Shown here piece after piece: positions 32,295-40,413 of a stretch of 40,413 bases of DNA; position 1 is the first letter of the stretch; the number at the start of each line of letters is the position of its first letter. The stretch lies in the IMG/VR virus record IMGVR_UViG_3300037473_000050, positions 1 through 40,413 of that record; one strand, given 5' to 3'. Position numbers and translations under genes: made by a program. This DNA is from a virus. Its lineage: Duplodnaviria; Caudoviricetes. The notes below the pieces were generated by a model. That model had not been told where the DNA came from. It ran no database searches and saw nothing but the letters and a program-made list of their open reading frames with translations.

Positions 32295-34409
32295 TCATGA
32301 CGCTCCGCCGTCCGCATACACGCCACCGCGCTTCTCGGTGGAGTTCACGCCGACATCGCTGTAACCACGCATCTCGATTCCGAGGACGTTGAACGCCGCC
32401 TGTGCGGTGTCGACGGTCGGCATCACGTTGCCGTTGAGGGCGGCGATCGTGATGACCGGCAGCTCCTCGGGGTTCGCCAGCATCCACCAGCCCACCGACG
32501 TATTGCCCGTGTAGCTGCTGTTGCTGATGTAGGGCGAAGTCTCGACGCGGTAGCGACCGAAGAACGGGTTCTTGTCACCGGAAGCCGTCGCGTAAGCGGC
32601 GACGTAGGCGGCACCCTGCGAACCCATCAGCGTCAGCGCCTTGTTGTAGAGCGCTGTCGGAACCAGGATGATCGACGGAGTCAGCCCCAGCGGGGTGCCA
32701 TCCGGGTTCGTCTGGTTCTTGAAGATGACTTCCGTCGCATCCAGCCCGCCAACAGTCATGTCGGCAACAGCCGTGTTGATGTTGTTGTTGCCGGAGGCGA
32801 AGAAGCTGTCCGTCGGAACGAGACCGAGGAACTTGGTCCAGAAGATATCGTTGAGGATCTTGATCGCACCGTTGCCGAGTTTCGTCGGCACATCCGTCAA
32901 GGCTCCGAGGTCGTCGTTGATGATGTCCTGCCGGGTGACGGCAAGCATCTTCGCATACGTCTCTGCCTTCACGGTGTAGGTCTGATCCGCGAGCGTTCCG
33001 TGGCGGATCTGACCACCGGTCCCGACCTTTTCGTAGATCAGCGAGTCAGTCAGGGTGACAGTCGTCGCCGTCTTGAAGTCGCGGACGTTCTGGATCTTCG
33101 CAATCCGGAGACAGGTCTGATCGACCATGTTCCAGCCGCGGAAGATGAACTTGTTCGCGGTCGCCGCCAGCGTGTTGGCGATATCGAGAGCCGACCACGC
33201 CTGAGCGTGAATCTCCCGATGACCAGTGCCGCTACCCTGCTTCACGAACGCGGCACGCAGAACGTCTTCGGTCACGTCGAAGCCACGGTGCCGATAGCCG
33301 TTGACTTCCGCAGCTTCGAGGAACACCTGACGCAGCCCGATGCGTTCTTTGTACAGATCCTTGGCGGTCTGCAGCGTTCGGGCGTCGAACTGCTTGTCGA
33401 GGTTGTCCAGCCGTCCCGCCTGACAAATGGCGGCTGCGAGCACGTCGGCGGTGACGCGGTTGTCGCGAGTCCGAAGAGACGGTGTGACGGTGCCTGCCAG
33501 CGGGACCATCGACTCGGCCATCTCCATCCGGAAGTCCTGCACGGACATTCCCGCATCGATGGCGTGGTCGAACGCCTTTTCGCAGGCGTCGATGTATTCC
33601 ATGTCGTGGGGATTCTTGCTGACGTACTTGTCAGCGATCTCGCGGATATCAGCCCGTCGCTTGGCTTCGATCTTCCGCTCCTCGAACGGATTGCTGGCGA
33701 CAATCTTCGCCGGCTTGGCTCCATTCTTGCCCTTGTAGTTCTCCTCGATCGTGGCGATCAGCTCGGGGGTCGCGTTGTCAACGTCGATGCCCATGCCCTC
33801 GGCCCAGGCTTTCACTTCCGCGTTCATATTCGTCTCCTTTGTGGAAGCGGCCGTGGCCGCGATAGAAACCGTGGTGTTGTCGTCAGCACCGTGGCTGACG
33901 AACGCGAACCCCTTCAAAGTGCTTTCGCGAGCGACATAGAGAGGACGGCCGCCCTTTGCGGGAGCGGTGAAGTTCTGCCCGTTGACCGTCACCGTTGCGC
34001 CCGGCTTGACCTGCTCGACCTTCGTCGGATTGGCTTCGATGCTGGCCTGCCAGACGAAGCCATCCGCGGCACTCGCGATGACCTCGTTGCGAGCCGACGT
34101 GGCAGCCGATGCGATGCCGGCGAGATTCAGTTCCTTGCCGTCGTTTCCGATGGCGTTGACGTTGCCGACTCTCTGGCTGGGCTGATGGTCAAGGTTCGCC
34201 ACCAGCGACTTGCCCGTCTTCATTCCAGCGAGGTCGAGAATCACGTCTTCTCGCTGATCACCGTTCCGCATCGCTCCTTCGAGGATGCCGCCCGTGTACG
34301 CGAGCACGTTGAACTTCGCCGGCTGTGGCTTTCCGCCATCGGTGGGCTGCTCAGCCGCCTCGATGCTTACGGGGCCAACGTTGGCAATGATCGATTTCGC
34401 CTTAGCCAT
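32295..34409 (-). CDS. prohead protease-scaffold-major capsid fusion (Mu gpT-like capsid)
   Basis: N-terminal AYTGG, LDHQ and WQASI protease-like motifs; C-terminal VTRQDIINDDLGAL and LNGNVMP...RGYSDVG; start MAKAKS at 34409. Confidence 0.85.
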   Translation of the reverse strand: MAKAKSIIANVGPVSIEAAEQPTDGGKPQPAKFNVLAYTGGILEGAMRNGDQREDVILDLAGMKTGKSLVANLDHQPSQRVGNVNAIGNDGKELNLAGIASAATSARNEVIASAADGFVWQASIEANPTKVEQVKPGATVTVNGQNFTAPAKGGRPLYVARESTLKGFAFVSHGADDNTTVSIAATAASTKETNMNAEVKAWAEGMGIDVDNATPELIATIEENYKGKNGAKPAKIVASNPFEERKIEAKRRADIREIADKYVSKNPHDMEYIDACEKAFDHAIDAGMSVQDFRMEMAESMVPLAGTVTPSLRTRDNRVTADVLAAAICQAGRLDNLDKQFDARTLQTAKDLYKERIGLRQVFLEAAEVNGYRHRGFDVTEDVLRAAFVKQGSGTGHREIHAQAWSALDIANTLAATANKFIFRGWNMVDQTCLRIAKIQNVRDFKTATTVTLTDSLIYEKVGTGGQIRHGTLADQTYTVKAETYAKMLAVTRQDIINDDLGALTDVPTKLGNGAIKILNDIFWTKFLGLVPTDSFFASGNNNINTAVADMTVGGLDATEVIFKNQTNPDGTPLGLTPSIILVPTALYNKALTLMGSQGAAYVAAYATASGDKNPFFGRYRVETSPYISNSSYTGNTSVGWWMLANPEELPVITIAALNGNVMPTVDTAQAAFNVLGIEMRGYSDVGVNSTEKRGGVYADGGAS

Positions 34410-36018
34410 GATGGGCTCCGTTTCCGTTGAGTTGTCCGACGATGCGATTGACGGCAGCCGCAACTGGCGTATCGCTGGCGGGAGTCGTGGGCTGTGCTGG
34501 TGCGGGCGTCGGCGCGGGCGGGTAGGTCACATCGAGCAGCCGCTGACGCAGCTCTTCGACTGTGACTCCGAACGACACGGACGCCTTGAGCAGCTCGTCC
34601 TCGAAGTCCATCCCCGCATCGGTGAAAATCTGATGCAGAAAGACCTGTCCGCTCTGCAGTCGCGTCTCGTTGGCGTTGGCTTCCGACTCGACATCCGCAA
34701 CGCGGTGTTTCGGCCAGTCCCAGAGGTGCTCGCGGGCACCGGCGGTGATTGCGTCCGGATTCCCGCCAAGCCAGCCGTATCGGATGACTGCAAGGTCGAA
34801 CCAGGCGTCGAACAGCGGATCTAGAACCAGGTCGTTGCAGTCCTCTCGCTCGACATCGAGGGAGGCGTAATACGTCTGGTGATCCAGCCGGCCCGAGGCG
34901 TAGTTGTACGACGACGAATCGCAGGCAGCCTTGTTGTAGGGCATGCTGCGCGGTCGCGCGAGTTCGTTCACCAGCGACTTGTGGAACGCTTCATAGGTCG
35001 CTGTGGGGTGCTCTGCCTTGAGTTGCGAGAGGTCATAGCCCACCGGCATCGCCGTCATCATTCGCTTCGAGATTTCCTGCTGTGAGAAATCCGTCGCGTA
35101 CTGCATCTCCTCGCTGTCCGGCTGAAACTGCGTCTTGAGCAGGACCGTGAAATCGGCGGCAGTCTCGGCGGCGGCAAGCGTGGCTTCGCGCCAGCGGCGG
35201 GCGGCGGCACCGGTGTTCAGCGTGCTGGCGTTCTCGGGAACGGCACGGTGCTGTCCCGGGCGGCGCATCTTGAACCAGTGCAGCACGAACTCGGCGGGAA
35301 CCTTCTCCGCCGTCAACCCGATGCTGCTGATCGAGCGTGAGGCGTCCGACTGACTGAACCTGTCGCCAGCAGACGAGAAGTCGCCAGTTGCTCCCGGGTG
35401 ACGCGAGAGGATGTCGTACCAAACGGGATTTCCGAACTGGTCGAACTTGATCCCGTCGATGTATCCCACTTCGCCGAATGGCAGGAACGGCGTCTGGCAC
35501 TGCTCGGCTTCGATCAATCGCAGATCGAGCTTGACGGGGTGCCGGACATTGGGATTGCGGCGCTGGATGCCGAACGTCTCGCCGTCCGTGTGCTTGGCGT
35601 GAGCCATGCACCACAGCTTTCGACGGAACTGGACTGCCTTGCACCAGCGGTACCATTCCAGCTCAATCATCCGGTTGAAGCCGTCTGAGCCGGTCTGCAT
35701 CCGCAGCACGGGACCGACGCCCACGAGGTCCGTGGCGTAGGTCTGGGCAATGCCGTCGCTGTAGCCGTTGTTGCCAACTTCGTAGCGGCTGCGGCTGATC
35801 AGCGTGTGGCGGATTTCCTTGGAGTGCGCAGAGTCGGCGTCGAGCCTGTCCGCGTTTGCCCAGATGTTCTGGTACTCGGTGCTCGTGCGCGCCGCGTCGT
35901 AGCTGGCTCGCAAATCGGCGTAACGCCGCTGCCAGTTCTCGATCTCACGACGGGTGACAGGCTTTTCTGCCGGTGGGGCCGAGAGGAAGCTCTTGAATTG
36001 GTCGAGCGATTTGCCCAT
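34402..36018 (-). CDS. portal protein (lambda family)
   Basis: YDAA, SRSRYEVGNN, DGETF, LIEAEQC, DGIKFD..GNP, RPGQHRAVP, SSYNYASGRLD. Confidence 0.92.
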   Translation of the reverse strand: MGKSLDQFKSFLSAPPAEKPVTRREIENWQRRYADLRASYDAARTSTEYQNIWANADRLDADSAHSKEIRHTLISRSRYEVGNNGYSDGIAQTYATDLVGVGPVLRMQTGSDGFNRMIELEWYRWCKAVQFRRKLWCMAHAKHTDGETFGIQRRNPNVRHPVKLDLRLIEAEQCQTPFLPFGEVGYIDGIKFDQFGNPVWYDILSRHPGATGDFSSAGDRFSQSDASRSISSIGLTAEKVPAEFVLHWFKMRRPGQHRAVPENASTLNTGAAARRWREATLAAAETAADFTVLLKTQFQPDSEEMQYATDFSQQEISKRMMTAMPVGYDLSQLKAEHPTATYEAFHKSLVNELARPRSMPYNKAACDSSSYNYASGRLDHQTYYASLDVEREDCNDLVLDPLFDAWFDLAVIRYGWLGGNPDAITAGAREHLWDWPKHRVADVESEANANETRLQSGQVFLHQIFTDAGMDFEDELLKASVSFGVTVEELRQRLLDVTYPPAPTPAPAQPTTPASDTPVAAAVNRIVGQLNGNGAHHG

Positions 36019-36233
36019 CAGCCACACCCCGGAGGAACGAGGCGTGTGAATCGCAAACCGAACTGACCGTTCCCGGCGACGGAGGCGGATTGATTCGCCT
36101 TCCACTCCTGGTACTTGATCCAGTCCGCCATGCTGCGGTTGGTGCCGCTGCGTCCGTCGACGGTGGCGCTCTGGGGTTCCGCCAGAAATGCGTCACCTTC
36201 GGCGATCAGTGCAGCCAGCTCGGCGTCGGTCAT
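36018..36233 (-). CDS. gpW-like head-tail adaptor
   Basis: PQSATVDGRS..RSMADWI; immediately upstream of the portal. Confidence 0.65.
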   Translation of the reverse strand: MTDAELAALIAEGDAFLAEPQSATVDGRSGTNRSMADWIKYQEWKANQSASVAGNGQFGLRFTRLVPPGCG

Positions 36234-36275
36234 CGGATCGGGCTCCGGAATCAACCCGACCTTGGCGAGCGCAAT

Positions 36276-36358
36276 AAAAAAGCCCATGCAAGGGATGCAG
36301 CCCCTGCATGGGCTTTGTGGTTCGCGCTGGATTCGTGGCGGTTAATTACTCCGCCACG
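36276..36358 (-). terminator. structured late-operon leader with strong, potentially switchable terminator
   Basis: Hairpin CGTGGCGG/CCGCCACG, then AAAGCCCAUGCA...UGCAUGGGCUUUUUU. Confidence 0.7.
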
Positions 36359-36453
36359 TCGCCTTCGGTCAGGTTGTCAGCACCGATTTTCGATTGGACG
36401 CAAGAAGGGCGGAATAGGAAGGGGGTGTTTTTTGGGATGTGCTGTGTGAGAAA

Positions 36454-36469
36454 GTGCTACCGGTAGCAC
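36454..36469. promoter_or_regulatory. perfect 16-bp palindrome (protein-binding site candidate)
   Basis: GTGCTACCGGTAGCAC in the divergent intergenic region. Confidence 0.55.
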
Positions 36470-36515
36470 CCGCGATGCTTCAAGCTGCGTTTCGCGTGGT
36501 AGGATCGCCTGCACC

Positions 36516-37493
36516 ATGCCTGAAAACGTCACATTTACCGCGAATCATTTCCGATCCGATTTGTCCGACGACGAGAAGCGCGAACTGTTCCGATCGTCGG
36601 TGGACTATTGCGAAATTGAATGCTTCAGTTTCTGCAATCGCCGCTGCGGATTCTGCCCGAACTCGGTGATACCGCAGCGACAGGACAAGGCAGGCAACCG
36701 TTTCATGCCAGAGGATCTGTATCTGCGAATCCTCGACGACCTCGCCTCGATCGACTATCGGGGGAAAGTCCAGTTCGGGAGGTACAACGAGCCATTCAGT
36801 GAGCGGGTGATTCTTGATCGCATCAGCCAAGCCCGGGAGAGACTTCCGAAGGCGTGGCTGTACAGTCACAGCAACGGCGACTTTCTGACGCCCGGGTATC
36901 TGAGAGAGATCCGCGATTCCGGGCTGGACGAAGTCGCCGTGCAGGTCTACCTCGGCAATGGGCAGCCTTACGTCGAAGAGGCGATTATCCTTCGCCGGAG
37001 GATGATTCTCGACCGGCTGGGGCTGTCTCTTGCAGAGCCGATCTGCTCGGCACCGGGACTCAGGCACTATCACAAGACAGATTTCCCCGGAATGCTCGTC
37101 ACCGTCGACGCCCGGAACTTCTCCCAGATCGGCACCGACCGGGGCGGGCTCGTCCAGATCCAGCAGCGCCCCCGGGTTTCCCCGTGCCTGATACCGTTCT
37201 CAAGCCTGTACGTCGACCACGACGGCTCCACGGTCCCTTGCTGCAACATCCGCTCAGACGTGCCTGAGCACGCCCCCTACGTCGTCAGCCGCCTTCAGGA
37301 CGGATCGAGCATCTTCGACGCCTTCGCAGCGCTGCACGGCTGGCGGCTGGGGCTCATGAGGTTCGGGGAGAAGTCGGGGCCGTGCGCGACGTGCCGCTAT
37401 GGGGAGACGGATGTGGGGGTGGAAGCGGCGGAGGGGTTGGAGAGGATCTGGTCGATGGCTAAAAATCTCGCCGCTGAGATCCAATCGACCTGA
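36516..37493 (+). CDS. radical SAM enzyme with SPASM/twitch domain
   Basis: CNRRCGFC motif, YNEP, SNGD, C-terminal CLIPF...DGSTVPCC...CATC; extended -10 TGGTAGGAT upstream. Confidence 0.9.
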   Translation: MPENVTFTANHFRSDLSDDEKRELFRSSVDYCEIECFSFCNRRCGFCPNSVIPQRQDKAGNRFMPEDLYLRILDDLASIDYRGKVQFGRYNEPFSERVILDRISQARERLPKAWLYSHSNGDFLTPGYLREIRDSGLDEVAVQVYLGNGQPYVEEAIILRRRMILDRLGLSLAEPICSAPGLRHYHKTDFPGMLVTVDARNFSQIGTDRGGLVQIQQRPRVSPCLIPFSSLYVDHDGSTVPCCNIRSDVPEHAPYVVSRLQDGSSIFDAFAALHGWRLGLMRFGEKSGPCATCRYGETDVGVEAAEGLERIWSMAKNLAAEIQST

Positions 37494-37701
37494 TTGCCCA
37501 GTCTCGATCGCCGATGACCCTTGCGGTCCGGTAGTGACGCTTCCAGAAGTCACGAGCCGCTATTGCCCGAAACCAGCGATAGGTCTCTGACGGCATGACG
37601 CACCACGTATGCTGCGGCCAAGGCTCGTTCGGCAGAACCCGAAGGAAATCGAGAATGTCGTCGTTGGTGATAGTTGCCCAGCTATTGGTAGAGAGCATCA
37701 T
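37459..37701 (-). CDS. hypothetical protein
   Basis: 80 aa; ATGA overlap with the Zn-ribbon gene. Confidence 0.4.
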   Translation of the reverse strand: MMLSTNSWATITNDDILDFLRVLPNEPWPQHTWCVMPSETYRWFRAIAARDFWKRHYRTARVIGDRDWAIRSIGSQRRDF

Positions 37702-37985
37702 TTCCCAAACGCATCCTGTTCAAAAGTAACCTTCGGCGTCCCGCAGTGCCGGCAGATCCGCTGCCGCTGAATCCTGCCCGGCTTCGGCTTCACGCGAGCC
37801 ACCCGGAAGTCACGACACCCGCAGTTGTGACACACCAGACCCGGCGAATCGTTTCCAGCAGCCATCTCAGACAGCGACTTCCTCGGCTTGCGTGCCGTCT
37901 CGGGAAATGCGATCGACTCGGGCTCCGAGAGCGGATCGAGGATCGACATCGGCGGGAGTGCTTTCTTGCGAGCCACGGCGGGCAT
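37698..37985 (-). CDS. zinc-ribbon protein (NrdR-N/Ogr-Delta-like), possible late regulator
   Basis: CHNCG...RIQRQRICRHCG...TFE. Confidence 0.65.
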   Translation of the reverse strand: MPAVARKKALPPMSILDPLSEPESIAFPETARKPRKSLSEMAAGNDSPGLVCHNCGCRDFRVARVKPKPGRIQRQRICRHCGTPKVTFEQDAFGK

Positions 37986-38309
37986 TCAGGAGTCCTGTGG
38001 GTGGATTTCGATCTTCGCAGTGCAATGGCAGAACGATTTGCCATCTGCGGCAATGAAGCGCTCACCGCAAAACTGACAAGGCGTCAAGGTATCCATGATC
38101 AGCTTCTCAACTCGCCTGTTATGCGCCTCGCCCATTCGTCGGCCAAGTTCCCCGAAGGCCGCAATGACCTGTCGCTGCTCTTCCTCCGGATCGCTGAGAA
38201 TGTATGCACGAAGCTCTGCCCGCTCCTCTGGCGTCATGCGTTCAATCGAACTGAGATCGAACGTGTAAGAGTTGAACGTGAACGGGTTGTATTTGGGTAG
38301 CGGCATCAT
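37986..38309 (-). CDS. hypothetical protein with C-terminal Cys cluster
   Basis: 107 aa; CQFC...CHC. Confidence 0.45.
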   Translation of the reverse strand: MMPLPKYNPFTFNSYTFDLSSIERMTPEERAELRAYILSDPEEEQRQVIAAFGELGRRMGEAHNRRVEKLIMDTLTPCQFCGERFIAADGKSFCHCTAKIEIHPQDS

Positions 38310-38338
38310 CGAAGTTCAAGTTCCTGTTCATCCATCTC

Positions 38339-40381
38339 TCATCTCCCCATCTGTGCCAAAGGAACGCGGGGCTTGCGGGACTGAAACACATTCATTGCCT
38401 GCCCCGTCAAGCTGCAGCCCAGCATCGACGCCACGCATGCCGAGCCCACGAGGCAGTCAAACCAGTGGTTATCGGGCTTCCCCGGCTTTACCGCCCACTC
38501 CGTCACCTCGCGCCCACGGCCAAACGTCTTCACGCAGAACTCCGCCTTCATGTGATCCGCGAACATGCGGTGTTTGACAGGATCACGCCCGAAGAGACTC
38601 AGACACCCGGCACCGCCCATCGGTGCAGCGAACCGCGAGAACACAAACGACTTCCAATGATTCGTGTCGATCAGCAGATGGCGGATCGTCCGCCCGGGTG
38701 CCGTTGACACACGACAATGAACCCCGGCCTTGTCCCCCTGCCGCTTTTCGTACTCGTTGAGCGGTTTATTGCCCGCTTTCACCCCGAAGCCCTTGGAAGG
38801 CATGATGATCGCGTTAAACGGCGTTGCCCGGCAGAATTGGTGGATCACATCCGCCTGATAACCCTCGTCAATCAACAGCCGATCGATCTTGAGCGCCGTC
38901 CCGTCCTGCCGCATGAACGTCCGCGAACAAAGCTGCGTCGTCAGCTCTCCGAGCCCCGCATAGATCGCCGCCTCGGGTGACATGCCGTCGAACTTCTTCC
39001 GCAACGTCAAACTCAGGTCATTCAGCCGGAAATAGTTCCGTCCCTGGTCTGGATAGGCTCCATAGTCCAGCACGCCACCCGAGAAGCCGTCTCCCCACCC
39101 GCAGACGATCCAGAACAGCACGTCCTGCTGCACGTCGATCATTGCCGTAACGTGCGACCACTCGCCGGCAAGCTGCCCTCGATCGATGCCGTTCACCTTC
39201 CGGCAAATCTCCTCCGCCAGAAGCAATCGTTCTGCCTTCGTCTCTTCCTCGACTGGCTCATTCTGGTACTCGGCGAAGAATGCCGGACGGTCCCGCAGCA
39301 TCAAATTGACCGCGTGCTGGATCGCCGACACCTCGTCCGCCATCTTCCGCTCCGGCCACGCCGCTTCCGCCCCCTCCTCCAGCACAGCCCGGTTCTTCCG
39401 CCAATACTTGTTGGCTTCCTTCAGGGATCGCTCCTCCATGAACAGCCGCGCCCTCAAATCCGCGTACTCGTCGATCGCCGCCTGATTCGTCGGCAGCGAC
39501 TTCAGCATCTTCGTCCGCTCCCCATTCCAGTCGGGATGCTTCCGGCGATTCAGGATGTTGTCTGCCATGTCCCCCCGGCGGATGACCGTGCAGGGCATCA
39601 CAGCGCTGATCTTCTGCCCCGGACCCGCCATGTTCAGCAGCGCCCCAGACAACACGCTTTCCCTTGCCGCACACTGCGAATCCGACCGTGCCGACTCGTC
39701 AGTCTGGGGATCGTCCACGAGGACGAACGACGGCCGCAGGATCACGCCCTTCGTCGTCGTGTGCTTCTGCCCGCGAACCGCCCCAGTGATTCCACAGACC
39801 GACACCACGCCACCATTACCAGCCTTCGATAATTCGTCCGGCAATGTAGCTAGAACGAGCTGGGAAGCCGTCCAGACGATGTTCGTCCCCTGCCCGAGGC
39901 ACTTCTGCCCCTTGCACCGCCGGGGTTCATTCTCCAGCTTCCGAATCGGATACGTGACTTCCGGGAAGTCCTCGAACAGGAACTCGTTGTGCTGCAGCTC
40001 GGTCATCTGGCTCTTGAGGATCGCCTCGGCATGTTTCTCAGTCGCCCCGACCAGCGTCACGAACTTCCGCCTGCCCGTCAGGATCGCCCACAGCGCCGCA
40101 CGCTCACAGATCGTCGTCTTGCCCGTTCCGCGAGGCATCGCCAGCGCAAACAGCCCGCCCTCGACCACCGCCCGCTCGATCTGTTCAATCACCCGGATGT
40201 GGTCCCTCGACCACTTCATCGTGAAAGCCCACGGAAAGTAAATCTTGAGAAATCGCTCCAGGGATGCCTCACACCTCTCCCTGCGCTCCGGGTTGACCAC
40301 CTCGGGAGGGGGACCGATCTCCTGCGGGTCCTCCGCTCTATCTCGGCCGTACTGCCTCCCATACGCCCTGTCGTTAGCCAT
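38339..40381 (-). CDS. terminase large subunit (GpA-like)
   Basis: Walker A MPRGTGKT, LVDDPQT, IDVQ nuclease start, LIDEG, NHWFDC. Confidence 0.92.
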   Translation of the reverse strand: MANDRAYGRQYGRDRAEDPQEIGPPPEVVNPERRERCEASLERFLKIYFPWAFTMKWSRDHIRVIEQIERAVVEGGLFALAMPRGTGKTTICERAALWAILTGRRKFVTLVGATEKHAEAILKSQMTELQHNEFLFEDFPEVTYPIRKLENEPRRCKGQKCLGQGTNIVWTASQLVLATLPDELSKAGNGGVVSVCGITGAVRGQKHTTTKGVILRPSFVLVDDPQTDESARSDSQCAARESVLSGALLNMAGPGQKISAVMPCTVIRRGDMADNILNRRKHPDWNGERTKMLKSLPTNQAAIDEYADLRARLFMEERSLKEANKYWRKNRAVLEEGAEAAWPERKMADEVSAIQHAVNLMLRDRPAFFAEYQNEPVEEETKAERLLLAEEICRKVNGIDRGQLAGEWSHVTAMIDVQQDVLFWIVCGWGDGFSGGVLDYGAYPDQGRNYFRLNDLSLTLRKKFDGMSPEAAIYAGLGELTTQLCSRTFMRQDGTALKIDRLLIDEGYQADVIHQFCRATPFNAIIMPSKGFGVKAGNKPLNEYEKRQGDKAGVHCRVSTAPGRTIRHLLIDTNHWKSFVFSRFAAPMGGAGCLSLFGRDPVKHRMFADHMKAEFCVKTFGRGREVTEWAVKPGKPDNHWFDCLVGSACVASMLGCSLTGQAMNVFQSRKPRVPLAQMGR

Positions 40382-40413
40382 CAGGCAAACCTAAAAGTAT
40401 CGCGTTTTCCGGC

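Noticed and set aside
33000-34430. 476-aa plus-strand ORF
   Set aside because: Antisense shadow of the capsid gene
1-40413. Diversity-generating retroelement, lysis cassette, small terminase
   Set aside because: No reverse transcriptase or template/variable repeat pair seen; no recognisable endolysin, holin or TerS, which may lie outside the window

Overview
This window holds most of a temperate, siphovirus-like phage genome; the likely host is a planctomycete, inferred from the pseudopilin motifs and head-gene types. No host housekeeping DNA is evident. Almost all genes are on the minus strand. From the right: GpA-type terminase, Zn-ribbon protein, an oppositely oriented radical SAM/SPASM gene, gpW-like adaptor, lambda-type portal, protease-capsid fusion, a glycosyltransferase-methyltransferase fusion, cement/neck/tail genes with a clear -1 frameshift chaperone, a short tape measure, tail-tip and Kelch proteins, and a large prepilin-type pseudopilin moron. 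In the centre are a plus-strand tyrosine integrase with small independently promoted morons, and an XRE regulator with an operator. The early/replication arm carries a Dam-like methylase, CsrA, an annealase and PD-(D/E)XK nuclease, a tRNA-like RNA, an initiator with ori-like repeats, DnaB, a LexA DNA-binding domain, RuvC and a beta clamp. The most striking unexplained signal is a dense RNA-level regulatory layer: a phage CsrA next to a duplicated GGA-hairpin region, a kissing-loop attenuator before the pseudopilin, a switchable terminator before the head genes, and a tRNA mimic with an abnormal anticodon arm. All calls come from motif reading by eye; no database searches were run.
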